Virus record (IMG/VR): IMGVR_UViG_3300038443_001555
Direction: 5' to 3' (one strand)
DNA from: an uncultured virus (IMG/VR IMGVR_UViG_3300038443_001555)
Lineage: Duplodnaviria; Heunggongvirae; Uroviricota; Caudoviricetes
DNA: 64,000 bases
The notes under the pieces are model-generated. The model was not told the DNA's origin and did not search any database. It saw nothing but the letters and a program-made list of their open reading frames with translations. Made by a program: the position numbers and the translations under genes. Of the stretch, positions 11,238 through 21,180 are shown one piece after another. Every line of letters begins with the position of its first letter. Position 1 is the stretch's first letter.

Positions 11238-12775
11238 GCTTGAGTCTCCTCCTGGTACATACCGTGGCCGCGCGCGAGCTCCGCGTCGAAGTCGAAGCCT
11301 TGGCGATCGCACCAGTGCATCAGGTTAGCCAGCAGGTCGGCCAGCGCGTCTTCGCGGTCGGTGCCGGTGATGCGCACGAAAGCCTGAATCGTGGCTTCGG
11401 CCCACTCGGCGCGCTCGTCATTCTGGTTGTCGGGGTCGGGTGGGAGGTTCATTGCAGCCCTCCCAGCTGCAGGCGCAGCACCTCGGTCTTTCCGTGCAGG
11501 ATGGCGACGGCATGCTCGTACTTGCGCTGGGCCGCGGCGACCGCACTACCGGGCAGATCGTCGCTGGCCACGCGGGCTTCAGCTTCGTCCAGCGCCGCCT
11601 GCGCGGCCAGCACGTCGACGCTGGCTTTGGAAAACTCGGCGGCCGCGCTGGCCGCGAGTTCGATTTTGGCTCGGTTCATAGGTTGTCCTTTCTGGTTGGG
11701 CGGGCTGACGCACAGCCCTTCATCGGCGCGGCACATTCCGCAGGGGTTTCGCGCTGCCCAGGTTGGCGCGCCGCAACCTGAGCATGTGACAGTCTGGTAC
11801 GGGTTCACGGCAGCACCGCCGGCATCTCGACCATCACGCGGAGGTTGTCCAGCACCACATAGCGCGCGCCGGTGTCGCGCGTGCCGTAGACGCGGCGCCA
11901 GCGGCCTTCGATGTCGGCCTGGTAGGGCATGGGCACCTTGTCGGGTCGGTACTGGCCATTCTTCGAGAAGTCCTTGCGAATCTGGCCCAGTTCGACCTTG
12001 ATCTTGCGGTAGCCTTTCGGCACGCCCTTGACGAGGGCAAGCTCAAAGCCGTCATCAGTAACGGCCCTGACCTTGCGTATCGCGCGCTCGGGGCAGCCTT
12101 CGGCGCTCATCACGCGCTGACGCGCCGACTGTTCGCTGGTGTCCATGACGTGGATGTCGAGCATGCCGTCGTCGTGCTTGACGCTCAAAATAAATCTCAC
12201 AAGCTGCACGCTAGATCCCTCCCAGAAGGTTGCGGCGCGCGAGCTCCTCGCGCGCCAGGTTAGCGTAGGCGCGACGACCGGCTTTCTGCTCTTTTTCGAG
12301 CACGCCATAGACCTGCCGGTCGGTGCAGGCCTGCAGGTAGGCCTGAAATTCTTCACGATCTTTCTTGGTCATTGCTTATCTCCTTTCGGCACGCACACGG
12401 CGCGCAGGTGGGAAGCAGCGCCACCGGCGCGCCGCAGGATCTGGTTGCCGGCGAACAGGCAGGCTTTCTCGCTGCTGAATTCCTGCATGGTCACAGTCGG
12501 TGCCGGCATTTCGTGAGGGTAGTTCGGGCTGCTGTTGTACCAGACGCTGTTGAGCGCCAGGATGATCAGGATGTGTGTCATTCGTCCTCCGGAATGGTGG
12601 TCCAGTCGATCGAGCCTTCGAAGCTGATCGTCATCTGGCGCATCTCGTTCTTGTTGCGCGCTACGGCGCACACGTCGTGTGGATGCTCGCGGCCGGCCTG
12701 GTACTGCTCGCGGTAGCGGGTCTGGCGCAGCTCGACGAAGCCGTGGGCGTCGCGGGTCAGGTAGTAGGTGGTCAT
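11234..12775 (-). CDS. about seven small hypothetical genes (incl. 11234-11452, 11449-11679, 11805-12209, 12211-12372, 12369-12581, 12578-12775)
   Basis: Contiguous coupled ORFs; 12369-12581 has a hydrophobic N-terminus and C..C pair. Confidence 0.55.
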
Positions 12776-13158
12776 GGCTGCTGCTCCAACCAGTCGGCCA
12801 CCTTGAGGTGGTCAGCGCGCTCAGCGTCATCCGGCGTCGCCCGGCGGATGTAGGCCTGGTACGCTTCTTCGCGCATCGACAGCGGCTTGGCCGCGCCGCC
12901 CATGAACCGCAGGAAGCCGACGCAGTGCTTCTGCAGGTCGGGTGCCTGGACCGTGAAATTCTGCAGGTCGTAGCGGCCCTGGTAACGGAAATCGGCCTCG
13001 GCGTCTTCGATCAGGAAATCGCACTTGTCGTAGCCTTCGCGCGGCGCCGTGGTCGACCAGCGCCACAGGATCTGGTTCGCCCGGGCGAAGGTATCAGCCG
13101 TCTCGGGCTTGCCGCATTGATAGGACGGGCCCTCGGCCCGGGTGAGGGTGATTTTCAT
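12772..13158 (-). CDS. possible LPD25-like domain protein
   Basis: TFARANQIL...GYDKCDFLIE...YQGRYDL pattern; GGAGGAG SD; family call tentative. Confidence 0.45.
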   Translation of the reverse strand: MKITLTRAEGPSYQCGKPETADTFARANQILWRWSTTAPREGYDKCDFLIEDAEADFRYQGRYDLQNFTVQAPDLQKHCVGFLRFMGGAAKPLSMREEAYQAYIRRATPDDAERADHLKVADWLEQQP

Positions 13159-13774
13159 TTCTCCTCCATGGTCTGGACAGCGTCGGCGGGCACCGTAACG
13201 TAGTGGTGGACGAAGTCCCACGGCAGCATGAAGGGCGCGTCCTTGGGATAGCGGACAGCCCACAGGTTGCCCCGCTGGCTCCAGAACACTTCGGTGCCGG
13301 CCTTGACGATGCCCTTGGTGCGACAGGCTGCGTTGCTGTATTCGATGTCGCGGGTGGTGATGCCGGTTTTCATTTCGGCTCCTCGATGAAGTAGCGGCCG
13401 GACCAGTCAACCAGCAGGCGCTGGCCGGGCTTAAGAATCGGGCGACCGATTGCGATGCGGCCCTCAGCCAGCGCCGAGTCGAGGTCGCCGTTGTAATTGC
13501 GACGCGCCTCGGCCTCGCTGCGGTAGTGGTGGGTGCCAACGCGGACAGGGTTGGTGGTCATGCTTGGCTCCTTCAGGGTAAGCTCCTTGGGCATGAAGTA
13601 GGCGATGCCGTTCTTGTACCAGGGGTACTTCGCGGCGTCGTCCAGCAGCACGCCGAAACGGCCGGTGTACACCATGCGCGGCTCGTAGCCTGCCGGGCGG
13701 TCGCTGGCCAGCTCGTGGTTGACGATCTGGCCCAGGCCGTGGGTGCCGGTGTCGACACGGTCTCCGATTTTCAT
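13155..13774 (-). CDS. hypothetical genes 13155-13373 and 13370-13774
   Basis: ATGA coupling with GGAG SDs. Confidence 0.6.
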
Positions 13775-14256
13775 TCCTCGTCCTCCGGCTCGCCGGCCGC
13801 GATGTACGCCTGCTCGATGTCTTCGACCTGGGTGCGGGCGTCGTCATCGAGGGCGCGCACCAGCGGCGCTAGGTGCTGGGTATTCTCGTTAACCTGATGT
13901 ATTCGGATCAGCGCGCGGATGCGCGCGATGACGTCGGCCGGCTTGACGTTGTGCTGCTCATGCGGGGGTGCATACGAGTATGCGCAGAACACATACAGCA
14001 CCTGCTCGCTGGTCAGCTCGAAAAACACCTGCAGGGCGTCGAAGCCGTCGAGTGTCTCGTCCTCGAGGATGAGCAGCGGCCTGGTGCCGGGCATGACGAG
14101 GCCCTGCTCGTTGAACTGCGGATCGAGGGCGGCCCAGCCGGCGGCGCAGCAAACGGTACCGCAGGCGCCGCCGACGCGCCAGTTGCTGATGTCGAAGCGC
14201 TCGAGCGGTACGTTTTGCAGGACAGTGATAAGGTGCTGGAGACGGTCGATTCGCAT
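13771..14256 (-). CDS. hypothetical protein, paralogue A1 (CGT..C..GWAALDPQF family)
   Basis: Aligns by eye with 17557-17916. Confidence 0.75.
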   Translation of the reverse strand: MRIDRLQHLITVLQNVPLERFDISNWRVGGACGTVCCAAGWAALDPQFNEQGLVMPGTRPLLILEDETLDGFDALQVFFELTSEQVLYVFCAYSYAPPHEQHNVKPADVIARIRALIRIHQVNENTQHLAPLVRALDDDARTQVEDIEQAYIAAGEPEDEE

Positions 14257-14257
14257 A

Positions 14258-15430
14258 TCAGGATCTCCTGTACGGTTGGTCAAGGTGTTGGCCCAGCGGC
14301 CAGCTCGGGTTGGTGGAGTGGCAGTCGGTGCCAATGCCGATCCAGCCCGGCTCACCCGGGAACCGGGTATTGTCGTACCACTCCTTGTCGGAGCGGTACT
14401 GCGGGGCGTAGTACCAGGTCGCGGTGCCGCCGCTGTCGCACGGCCTTCTAGCTGCCCAAGTCGGGACATGCTCCATCGTGAAGCGTTGCAGGTATGCGGC
14501 CTTGGCCTGTTCAAAGCTAAGTTTGCGCTTCATGCTCACTCCTTCCGGAAGCCCAGAAACCACTCGCCCTTCTCGGCGAGCAGCTTCATGTTTTCGATCT
14601 CGCAGCAGGTATTGCTGCTGCCTTCATCGCTGCTGCACATCTCCTTGGCTTCGGCCAAGGTCAGGCCTTCGGCGACGATTTCTTGCGGGTGGTTGTCGCG
14701 GTAGAAGCGGACGACCTCGTAGGTATCTTCGGGCATTGTTCTCTCCTTGTTGGTGGCGCGGCCGTTCATTTGATGCCCGCCATCTGCTTGAGCTCGGCCT
14801 TGATGCGGCGCGCGTGCTCGCCGCGCCAGCTGGTCGCGTTGGAAAGGAAGTAGGCGACGATGTCGCGCGCGTCTTCGGCGCCATACTTGGCGTCGATGCC
14901 GCCGTTGATCCGGCCCATGGCTTGCAGGTAGGGCACGGCGCCGTAATTCGGATGGGTCCAGTGCTGACGAATGTCAGCGGCGATCTGGGACAGGGTGCGG
15001 GTGGTCATTTCGGGCTCCGGAGGTGGTCGATGCGTTGAAGGAGGAATTCGATGTGGTTGTGCGGCGCGCCGCGCTGGCCCTTGTAACTGGGGTCGGTGTC
15101 GAAGCTGCGCACATTGGTACGCAGCCAGCCCTCAAGTGCGTCAGCCTGCTCGGCCTCGGTCATCTCGCTCATGCGCATGCCGGCCAGACGAGCGAAGTCG
15201 GGCGCCTTGAGGTGCGCGACCAAAGCCTTGAGCTCGTCGACGGCAGCGTGGTTCAGGGCCGAGCTTTCCAGCGCAAGTTGCTGCATCTTGGCGAGCTGGC
15301 GTTCCTGCCTCAGGATCGTCTGCTCGGCCTCCTGCAGCACGCTGCGGCGCAGTGCGTAAGCCGCGCTGTCCTGCATATCGACAAGGTCGTTCAGCAGGTT
15401 GCTGTGGCGGGATTTGATAGGGTCGGGCAT
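14258..15430 (-). CDS. four hypothetical genes (approx. 14258-14533, 14536-14736, 14766-15008, 15005-15430)
   Basis: Coupled ORFs with SDs; 14766-15008 (PYLQAM...YFLSNATSWRGEHARRIKAELK) looks like a widespread phage family. Confidence 0.6.
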
Positions 15431-15432
15431 TG

Positions 15433-16371
15433 CTACCTCGTGATGATGGCGCCGGTGAGGGCATTGGTTTGTCGAATGATGAAGTCGGCCTTCAGCTGCC
15501 GGATGGTGCGGCGGCGCTGGCGCGCGTTGCCGGACAGGCCGAAGGTGCACAGCAGGCCACGCTCGGACCACACTTCGATGCGGCCAGCGTGCGGGCCGAC
15601 CGGGCTGTCGTAGCTCGGGCGCCGGCGGCGCTGCGCGGCGGCCGCGGCCAGGTACTGGCCGGAGTGCCTGCCCAGGATCTTAAGTTCGAGCTCGCCATAG
15701 TCAAGGCTGGCAAGTCCGTGCGTCTCAAGTCCTCCGGGTGGCGTGGCGCCGGTGTAGGGCGCGCTGAAGGCCGGGCTGGCGCCGGTGCGGCGGCCGGTGG
15801 TCGGCCCCATCGCCCGGCTATATAGGAGGCAGTAGCGTTTAGCGAACGTGGCGGCTTTCCACGCGGCGCGCAGCTTCGGGTCCTGGATACCTGGGTCAAC
15901 CATCTCATCAATCAGCGGAGCCGCAAGCAGGCGTGCTCGCGCGATAGCCTCGATCTCGGCCCTCATCCGCTCGGCGCAAGCCGCGACCTCGCCGTACGTC
16001 ACGAACACGATCACGTTGCCGTTCGCCTCGTAGCTGCCGTCGCTGTGGTGCGCATCCTCGACGCGGATCGGGTTGTGGGCGGTGTCGATGCGCTCGGTCT
16101 TCACGGGGTATGGCAGGGCCGGCAGCAGGCGCTCTTCGACCAGCTGCGCCAGCACGTCGCGCTGCCGGATACCGGTGATCTTCATGGCGTAGAAGGCGCC
16201 GGACAGCAGGTCGCCGTCGGAGAAGCCCCACTTCGAGTACAGGCTGGCGGCATCCAGCGTGACGGTGATGCCGGCGATGACCTGCTGCTCTTTCGACAGC
16301 CCGTTGCAGGTGCAGCGGTCCGGCAGGTACTGGTTGCACTGCGGGCAGCGCATGTCGGATCCAACGCTCAT
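15433..16371 (-). CDS. multi-module hypothetical protein with N-terminal Cys cluster
   Basis: 312-aa ORF, CPQC..CTC, ATGA coupling. Confidence 0.6.
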   Translation of the reverse strand: MSVGSDMRCPQCNQYLPDRCTCNGLSKEQQVIAGITVTLDAASLYSKWGFSDGDLLSGAFYAMKITGIRQRDVLAQLVEERLLPALPYPVKTERIDTAHNPIRVEDAHHSDGSYEANGNVIVFVTYGEVAACAERMRAEIEAIARARLLAAPLIDEMVDPGIQDPKLRAAWKAATFAKRYCLLYSRAMGPTTGRRTGASPAFSAPYTGATPPGGLETHGLASLDYGELELKILGRHSGQYLAAAAAQRRRRPSYDSPVGPHAGRIEVWSERGLLCTFGLSGNARQRRRTIRQLKADFIIRQTNALTGAIITR

Positions 16372-17560
16372 GATGCGTCTCCCGGCAGGTCGCCGAACAG
16401 CTCGAGGTGGATGGCGTCGATGGCCTTGGCCCGGGCCAGGCGCGCAGCCTCAAGCTCGCGCTGCTCGAGTAGCATCTCGGCCACCTGCAGCTTGCGCAGG
16501 GCGATATGGTCGGCCAGCACTTCGGCCCTGACGTCGACATAGAGGTCGTCCTGAGGAACGCCGGCGGCGCCGAAAGTCTGGAACTGCAGGCGCGTGGGCG
16601 AGTGCACGGTCACGTTGACGCTGAGCCAGCGCCAGAAACTGCTGCGCGTGGCCTCTGCGCGCTGGTCGCTGTTCAGGTAGCTGATGAACAGGCGGTCGCC
16701 GACGTCGCGCGGCAGGGTGAAGGGAAAGACGTTCATTGTGCCTCCTTTGTGGTGTAGATGCGGCCGTATTCGGCCTGGTTGTCCCAGGGGAGCGGTGTAA
16801 CCGTGAGGGCGAATGCGCGCACGAAGTCCGCCAGTAGCTCTGGCGTGTCGCACAGGGCCAGCAGCTCGTCCAGCGGCGGGCGGTCTTCGCCTTCGTCAAG
16901 TTCGATCTGCTGCAGGTCGCCATCGGGCGTGAAGCGCACGTACTCGACGCCGGCGCTGTAGTCGTAGCCGGCGCCCCACGTCTTGTCGTAGGCGATGCCG
17001 GCTTCCACCAGGCGGTCTTCGAAGCCGAGCGTGGCGAACCTGATGTCGTCGAACTCGAAGACGCTATGCGGTCCGTCCTCGCTCACCCCGTACGTGAACA
17101 GCCTGGCGCCGAGCTTGCGTACGGCCTTGGCTTGTTCCGTCAGCACGCGCAGTGTGACGTCGGTGCAGTCTCCCATGGCTCACCCTTTCGCAAGTTGCCG
17201 GGCAAGTTGCTGGGCGCGCTCGAAAGTGGCGCATATCTGGGTGGGCGGTTGGCCAAGGAACTCGGCCACAGCCTCAAGGCGCAGGGGGCCGGTGATGTCC
17301 ATGTCAGGCGCCCACACAGCCGCCAGCAGGCGCGCCATGTCGTGATCGGGCTTGAACCCGCGCGCGGCTTCGATCATGGCCAGGATCTGCTCGGGCGTCT
17401 CCTTGACCTTGTAGATGCCGCTATTTGGGTGGTTAGGCGCAACGACGATGGTGCGGTCGATACCATGCTCACGCCAGAGGGCTCTGCTGTCGTCAGCCCG
17501 GATATGCACAATCTTCGGCTGGCGCGGGTCGTAGATGCTGGTGAGGGCGATGAAAGTCAT
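16368..17560 (-). CDS. three hypothetical genes (16368-16736, 16733-17176, 17180-17560)
   Basis: Coupled ORFs with SDs. Confidence 0.6.
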
Positions 17561-17916
17561 GCCAGATACTCCTTGATGCGGTTGATGACGTCTTGCGGCG
17601 CCGGGTTGGGGATGTCGCGCTCGACATAGGACGAGTGCAGGAACAGGTCGATAACCTGCTCCTCGTTCAGGCCGAAGAATTTCCGCACAGCAGCGAAGCC
17701 CTCGAGTAGTGGGCTGCCATCCGCGTAGTCGAAGATCGGGTAGGTGGTGCCCTCGGTGGAGAGCAGCGTGAAGCCCTCGGCCATGAACTGCGGATCGAGG
17801 GCGGCCCACCCACAGGCGCAAGCCGCGGTGCCGCAGTGCCAGTTGTTCAGGTTGAAACGCTCGGGCGGCACGGCTTCGAGGATGGTGATCAGGTGCTGAA
17901 GTCTGGAACGGTTCAT
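17557..17916 (-). CDS. hypothetical protein, paralogue A2
   Basis: RLQHLITILEAVPPERF..NWHCGTAACACGWAALDPQF shared with 13771-14256. Confidence 0.75.
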   Translation of the reverse strand: MNRSRLQHLITILEAVPPERFNLNNWHCGTAACACGWAALDPQFMAEGFTLLSTEGTTYPIFDYADGSPLLEGFAAVRKFFGLNEEQVIDLFLHSSYVERDIPNPAPQDVINRIKEYLA

Positions 17917-18615
17917 GGTTTGTCCTTGGGAGGGTTGTGTTTGGGCTCGCACCAGTAGCGCGTGACGCCCTGGCTGTAGTCGTGCTGGGTGCACAGCACG
18001 CAATCGCTGGGAGCAAGTCCGGTCTCAGCCACGAACGCTGCGCACAGCGCGTCAAGGCCTTGCTGCTGGGCGGCGCTTGAGGCGGAAGGTCAGGGCCTCG
18101 AGGGTGTGCGTGGCCATGGCCGCGCAATCGGTCGGGTGTACGCCGCCATACAGCACAGTGGTGTGCTCGCCCTGCTTGAGATGCACGGTAATGATGAGGC
18201 CGCCTGGTGTTTCGCTGGGCTGGGTGGCGACGGCGATGAGGGTGGGTTGGGTGGTCTGAGGACGGCTGGTAGCATCAGTTCCGCCGGCCTCGATGAAGCG
18301 CTTCCTCCAGTGCTCGGCCTCGAAGCGAGCACTGGCGAGCTGCTCCTGCAATTCGCTCGCGCTTGCCGTGGTGGTGGCCGCAGGCATCTTGGCGTCAGGC
18401 AGGCTGTCCCATGGTTTCACGGCTTCGCGCACTGGGTCTGCCAGTGCTTCGGGTGCGGCATGGCGGGCAAGGTGCGCTTCAACCTCTGCAAAACTGAGCC
18501 AGTCGCCCTGCTTGTCCTCAGTCATTGCAGGGCCGCCGTAGGCAGACTTGGGCATATAGCGGGTCAGCTTATCCAGGTCCACGCCTGCGCTGGTAAAGGT
18601 GGGTTGGTCAGGCAT
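17913..18615 (-). pseudogene. mosaic protein gene with an apparent 1-nt frameshift near 18075
   Basis: ORF 18052-18615 ends in a short tail; a start-less protein-like frame 18074-17913 continues to an ATGA junction with the next gene. Confidence 0.5.
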
Positions 18616-18616
18616 A

Positions 18617-18820
18617 TCAGCTCCATACGGCATAAGGTTCGCCGCCCATGGCGGCCAGGGACACGCCATCCAGATACAGCTCGGGATGGCGCGCGGTGCG
18701 TGCGGCTTGCACGAAGTCTTCGCGCAGGTCGGCATAGGGCTGAGCGGCGCGCACCAGCGGCCAGCCAAGTTTGACCAGCAGCAGTGTCGGGACGAGGCGC
18801 CGACGGGTGAAGGCGTTCAC
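18617..18820 (-). CDS. hypothetical protein
   Basis: GTG start with GAGGAGG SD; GTGA overlap. Confidence 0.5.
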   Translation of the reverse strand: MNAFTRRRLVPTLLLVKLGWPLVRAAQPYADLREDFVQAARTARHPELYLDGVSLAAMGGEPYAVWS

Positions 18821-19152
18821 TGGGCCTCCTCGAGGTCGGCGATCATGCGGTCGAGCCACGCAAGGCGGGCAAGGGTGAAGACGCCGGTCTCGCTGTAGTA
18901 GTCGGCCATGTAGGCCGCACTGTTGGCCAGATTGTCGCGCGTGAACAGGCGGTCGCTGATCCAGGTCGAGAGCAGGGATCTGCCGTCGAGGTTGCCGTGA
19001 ATGTACTTCTTGACCTCGTGGCAGCGATAGGCGAGGTCGGCGGTGCCAGTCTGGGCGACTGCATCGAGCGCATAGCAGATGTAGCGCTGGGCGCCCTGCT
19101 CAATGCAGTAGCGCGCGAACTTGAGGGCGGGTAGATGTCGTTTGTCAAGCAT
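18817..19152 (-). CDS. hypothetical protein, paralogue B1
   Basis: YICYALD ... ARLAWLD shared with adjacent gene. Confidence 0.7.
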   Translation of the reverse strand: MLDKRHLPALKFARYCIEQGAQRYICYALDAVAQTGTADLAYRCHEVKKYIHGNLDGRSLLSTWISDRLFTRDNLANSAAYMADYYSETGVFTLARLAWLDRMIADLEEAQ

Positions 19153-19438
19153 GGGTGGGCTCCTGGTAGAGGGCGATTTGTTTGTCGAGCCACGCAAGGC
19201 GGGCTTGCTTGACCTCCTTGAGGGATCGGGCCTTGGGCAGCTTGTCGCCGAACGTCTTGCAAGGCGCAAGGTGGTGCTGGACGTCGGCCCGGATCTCTTC
19301 GCAGATCCGGTGCACGTTGCGGCGGTGGTCCTGGGCTTCGATGTCGTCCAGCGCATAGCAGATGTACGAGTTGACATCGTGCTGGATGCGGTCTTTGACG
19401 TTTCTCAGGATGCGCACCTTGATGGATTGGGTCGTCAT
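19145..19438 (-). CDS. hypothetical protein, paralogue B2
   Basis: YICYALD ... ARLAWLD. Confidence 0.7.
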   Translation of the reverse strand: MTTQSIKVRILRNVKDRIQHDVNSYICYALDDIEAQDHRRNVHRICEEIRADVQHHLAPCKTFGDKLPKARSLKEVKQARLAWLDKQIALYQEPTHA

Positions 19439-19873
19439 AGGTGGTCGTCCAGTCGGGCCTTGACGCCGTCGGGCAAGCTGGCGGCGAAGCGCGCGGCCTC
19501 GTGCAAGGCTTGCACGATGGGCCAGCTGTGGCTGGTGAGCTCGTAGACGGGCGCTGTGCCCACGACCAACCCCTCGGAGGAGTGGTGCAGCCGGTGGCGC
19601 TTGAGGTTGAAGGGGCGCAGGTGGCGGCGGATCTGGTAGGCGGCGATACCGGCGGCTTCGTGGTAGGCAGCATCCAGGATGGAGTCGATCTCAAGCGTGT
19701 TCATTTTTCAGCCTTTGCAAGCGGTTCTGGTACATGGTCACGTTGGCTTGGGCGCGCTCGAGCGCAAGCTGGGCCTCGTGCAAGGCGATCTCGGTCTCAG
19801 CGAGGTCGTGGTTTTTGATCTCTTGCAAGGTGGGTTGCCTGAAGGGGTTGAGGTGTTTGACGTAATTTTTCAT
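19435..19873 (-). CDS. two hypothetical genes (19435-19704, 19691-19873) heading the leftward array
   Basis: Overlapping ORFs ending at the AT-rich region. Confidence 0.55.
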
Positions 19874-19879
19874 GGAATA

Positions 19880-20400
19880 CTGTGATTTTGAGGGTGAGTG
19901 CAGAAAGTGCGGAATAGTCAGCCAGATAATTGGCTTAGTTTCCGGGAATTTAAACCGTTGCAAAAAGAACCATACAGAAAAATTGTTAAATGTTGATGTC
20001 TTGCTATGCGTAATTTTGGGTATAGTTCAGGTAATTATTTTTAGTTTGATAGGTAACCTATTAGGCACACAGAGAATTCAGGAATTATTGTGACCTTCGC
20101 AGGGTAAAACTGTGATCTTGAGGCACTTTTCAAAACAGAAGCGACCCTACCAAAAACGAACTTCAAGGCGAGGTCCAAATAGATTGACAGGAGAGAAAAA
20201 AATCAAAAACCTCCCAGCCTATTCCTTTCACCAAATCGACTTCGAACGTGCCCACAGATTATAGGATTACCTTTTTTAGGTATTTTTTAGGTCTGTGCTC
20301 TATGAAGAGGCTTGACTCACTTGTGTTTTAGCTGTGATACTGTACACAAGTGAGCTGTACGACTAACGGCACACCTTGCGAAACCCTTGCACCCACTACA
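19880..20400. promoter_or_regulatory. AT-rich divergent control region; candidate rightward promoter TTGACT-18-GATACT (20312-20341)
   Basis: Sharp drop in GC, A/T tracts, short repeats, divergent flanking genes. Confidence 0.55.
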
Positions 20401-20415
20401 ACTTTTGAGGCTCTC

Positions 20416-21180
20416 ATGAACGTAACTAATTACTTGCCAATTTTGCCGCCTGAAGAAGTTCACAAACACTTCGCGCTTGAGGGCTCGAGGCTGTATCGCA
20501 AGCTTGCGACCGGCCAGGGTACACAGCTTAAGAGCCGGGACGGCAACTATGTGGTCACGTTGTTCAAGGGTCACCGCATGCTGGGGGTGGATATCGCGTG
20601 GTGCCTGATCCATGGGAACTGGCCGATGTTTCCGATCGCCCAGATCAGTGCCGATCCTCTGGACTTCTCAGAAGGCAACTTGTTTCCGGCGCGACACCGC
20701 CGCCTGCGCTATGTGCAGAGGTTCAAGGCGGGCATGTATTTCCATCCCTTGAGCCAGTTTGCATACTCCAAGCCGGAGATGTGCCGTGCCGACTGGGAAG
20801 AGCGCGCTAAAGACATCTACCGGAAGGACCTTGCGTATGTGCTCAGGCTGGAGGCGACGCAGCGCGAGCAGCGCGAAATTTACCTGCGTGAGACACGCGC
20901 CATTCGCCGGCCGGAAGTTGTCAGGCCCGCGAAGGAGCCGCGCCCGTCACGGCCTTACGCCGTCCATGGTATGGAGTGGCACTGGTATGGGGGCGAGTGG
21001 ATCAGCGTGCCAGTGGCCTGCCATGTGGCGGATGATTATCGGCGTCGTATTCAGGCGTGGCAGGCTGGCGCGCGGGTTTTCGCCTTCGACCCTGAGTCGC
21101 GACAGGTGCACGCATACCTGCCTGATGGTACGCGCTGGGGTGCGGCACCAGCTGAGGCAGGTCAGCTGGCGCTGTTTTAA
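20416..21180 (+). CDS. degenerate HNH-fold protein
   Basis: IAWCLIHGNWP..PIAQISADPLDFSEGNL parallels HNH_3 consensus with catalytic H/N replaced; GAGG SD. Confidence 0.65.
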   Translation: MNVTNYLPILPPEEVHKHFALEGSRLYRKLATGQGTQLKSRDGNYVVTLFKGHRMLGVDIAWCLIHGNWPMFPIAQISADPLDFSEGNLFPARHRRLRYVQRFKAGMYFHPLSQFAYSKPEMCRADWEERAKDIYRKDLAYVLRLEATQREQREIYLRETRAIRRPEVVRPAKEPRPSRPYAVHGMEWHWYGGEWISVPVACHVADDYRRRIQAWQAGARVFAFDPESRQVHAYLPDGTRWGAAPAEAGQLALF

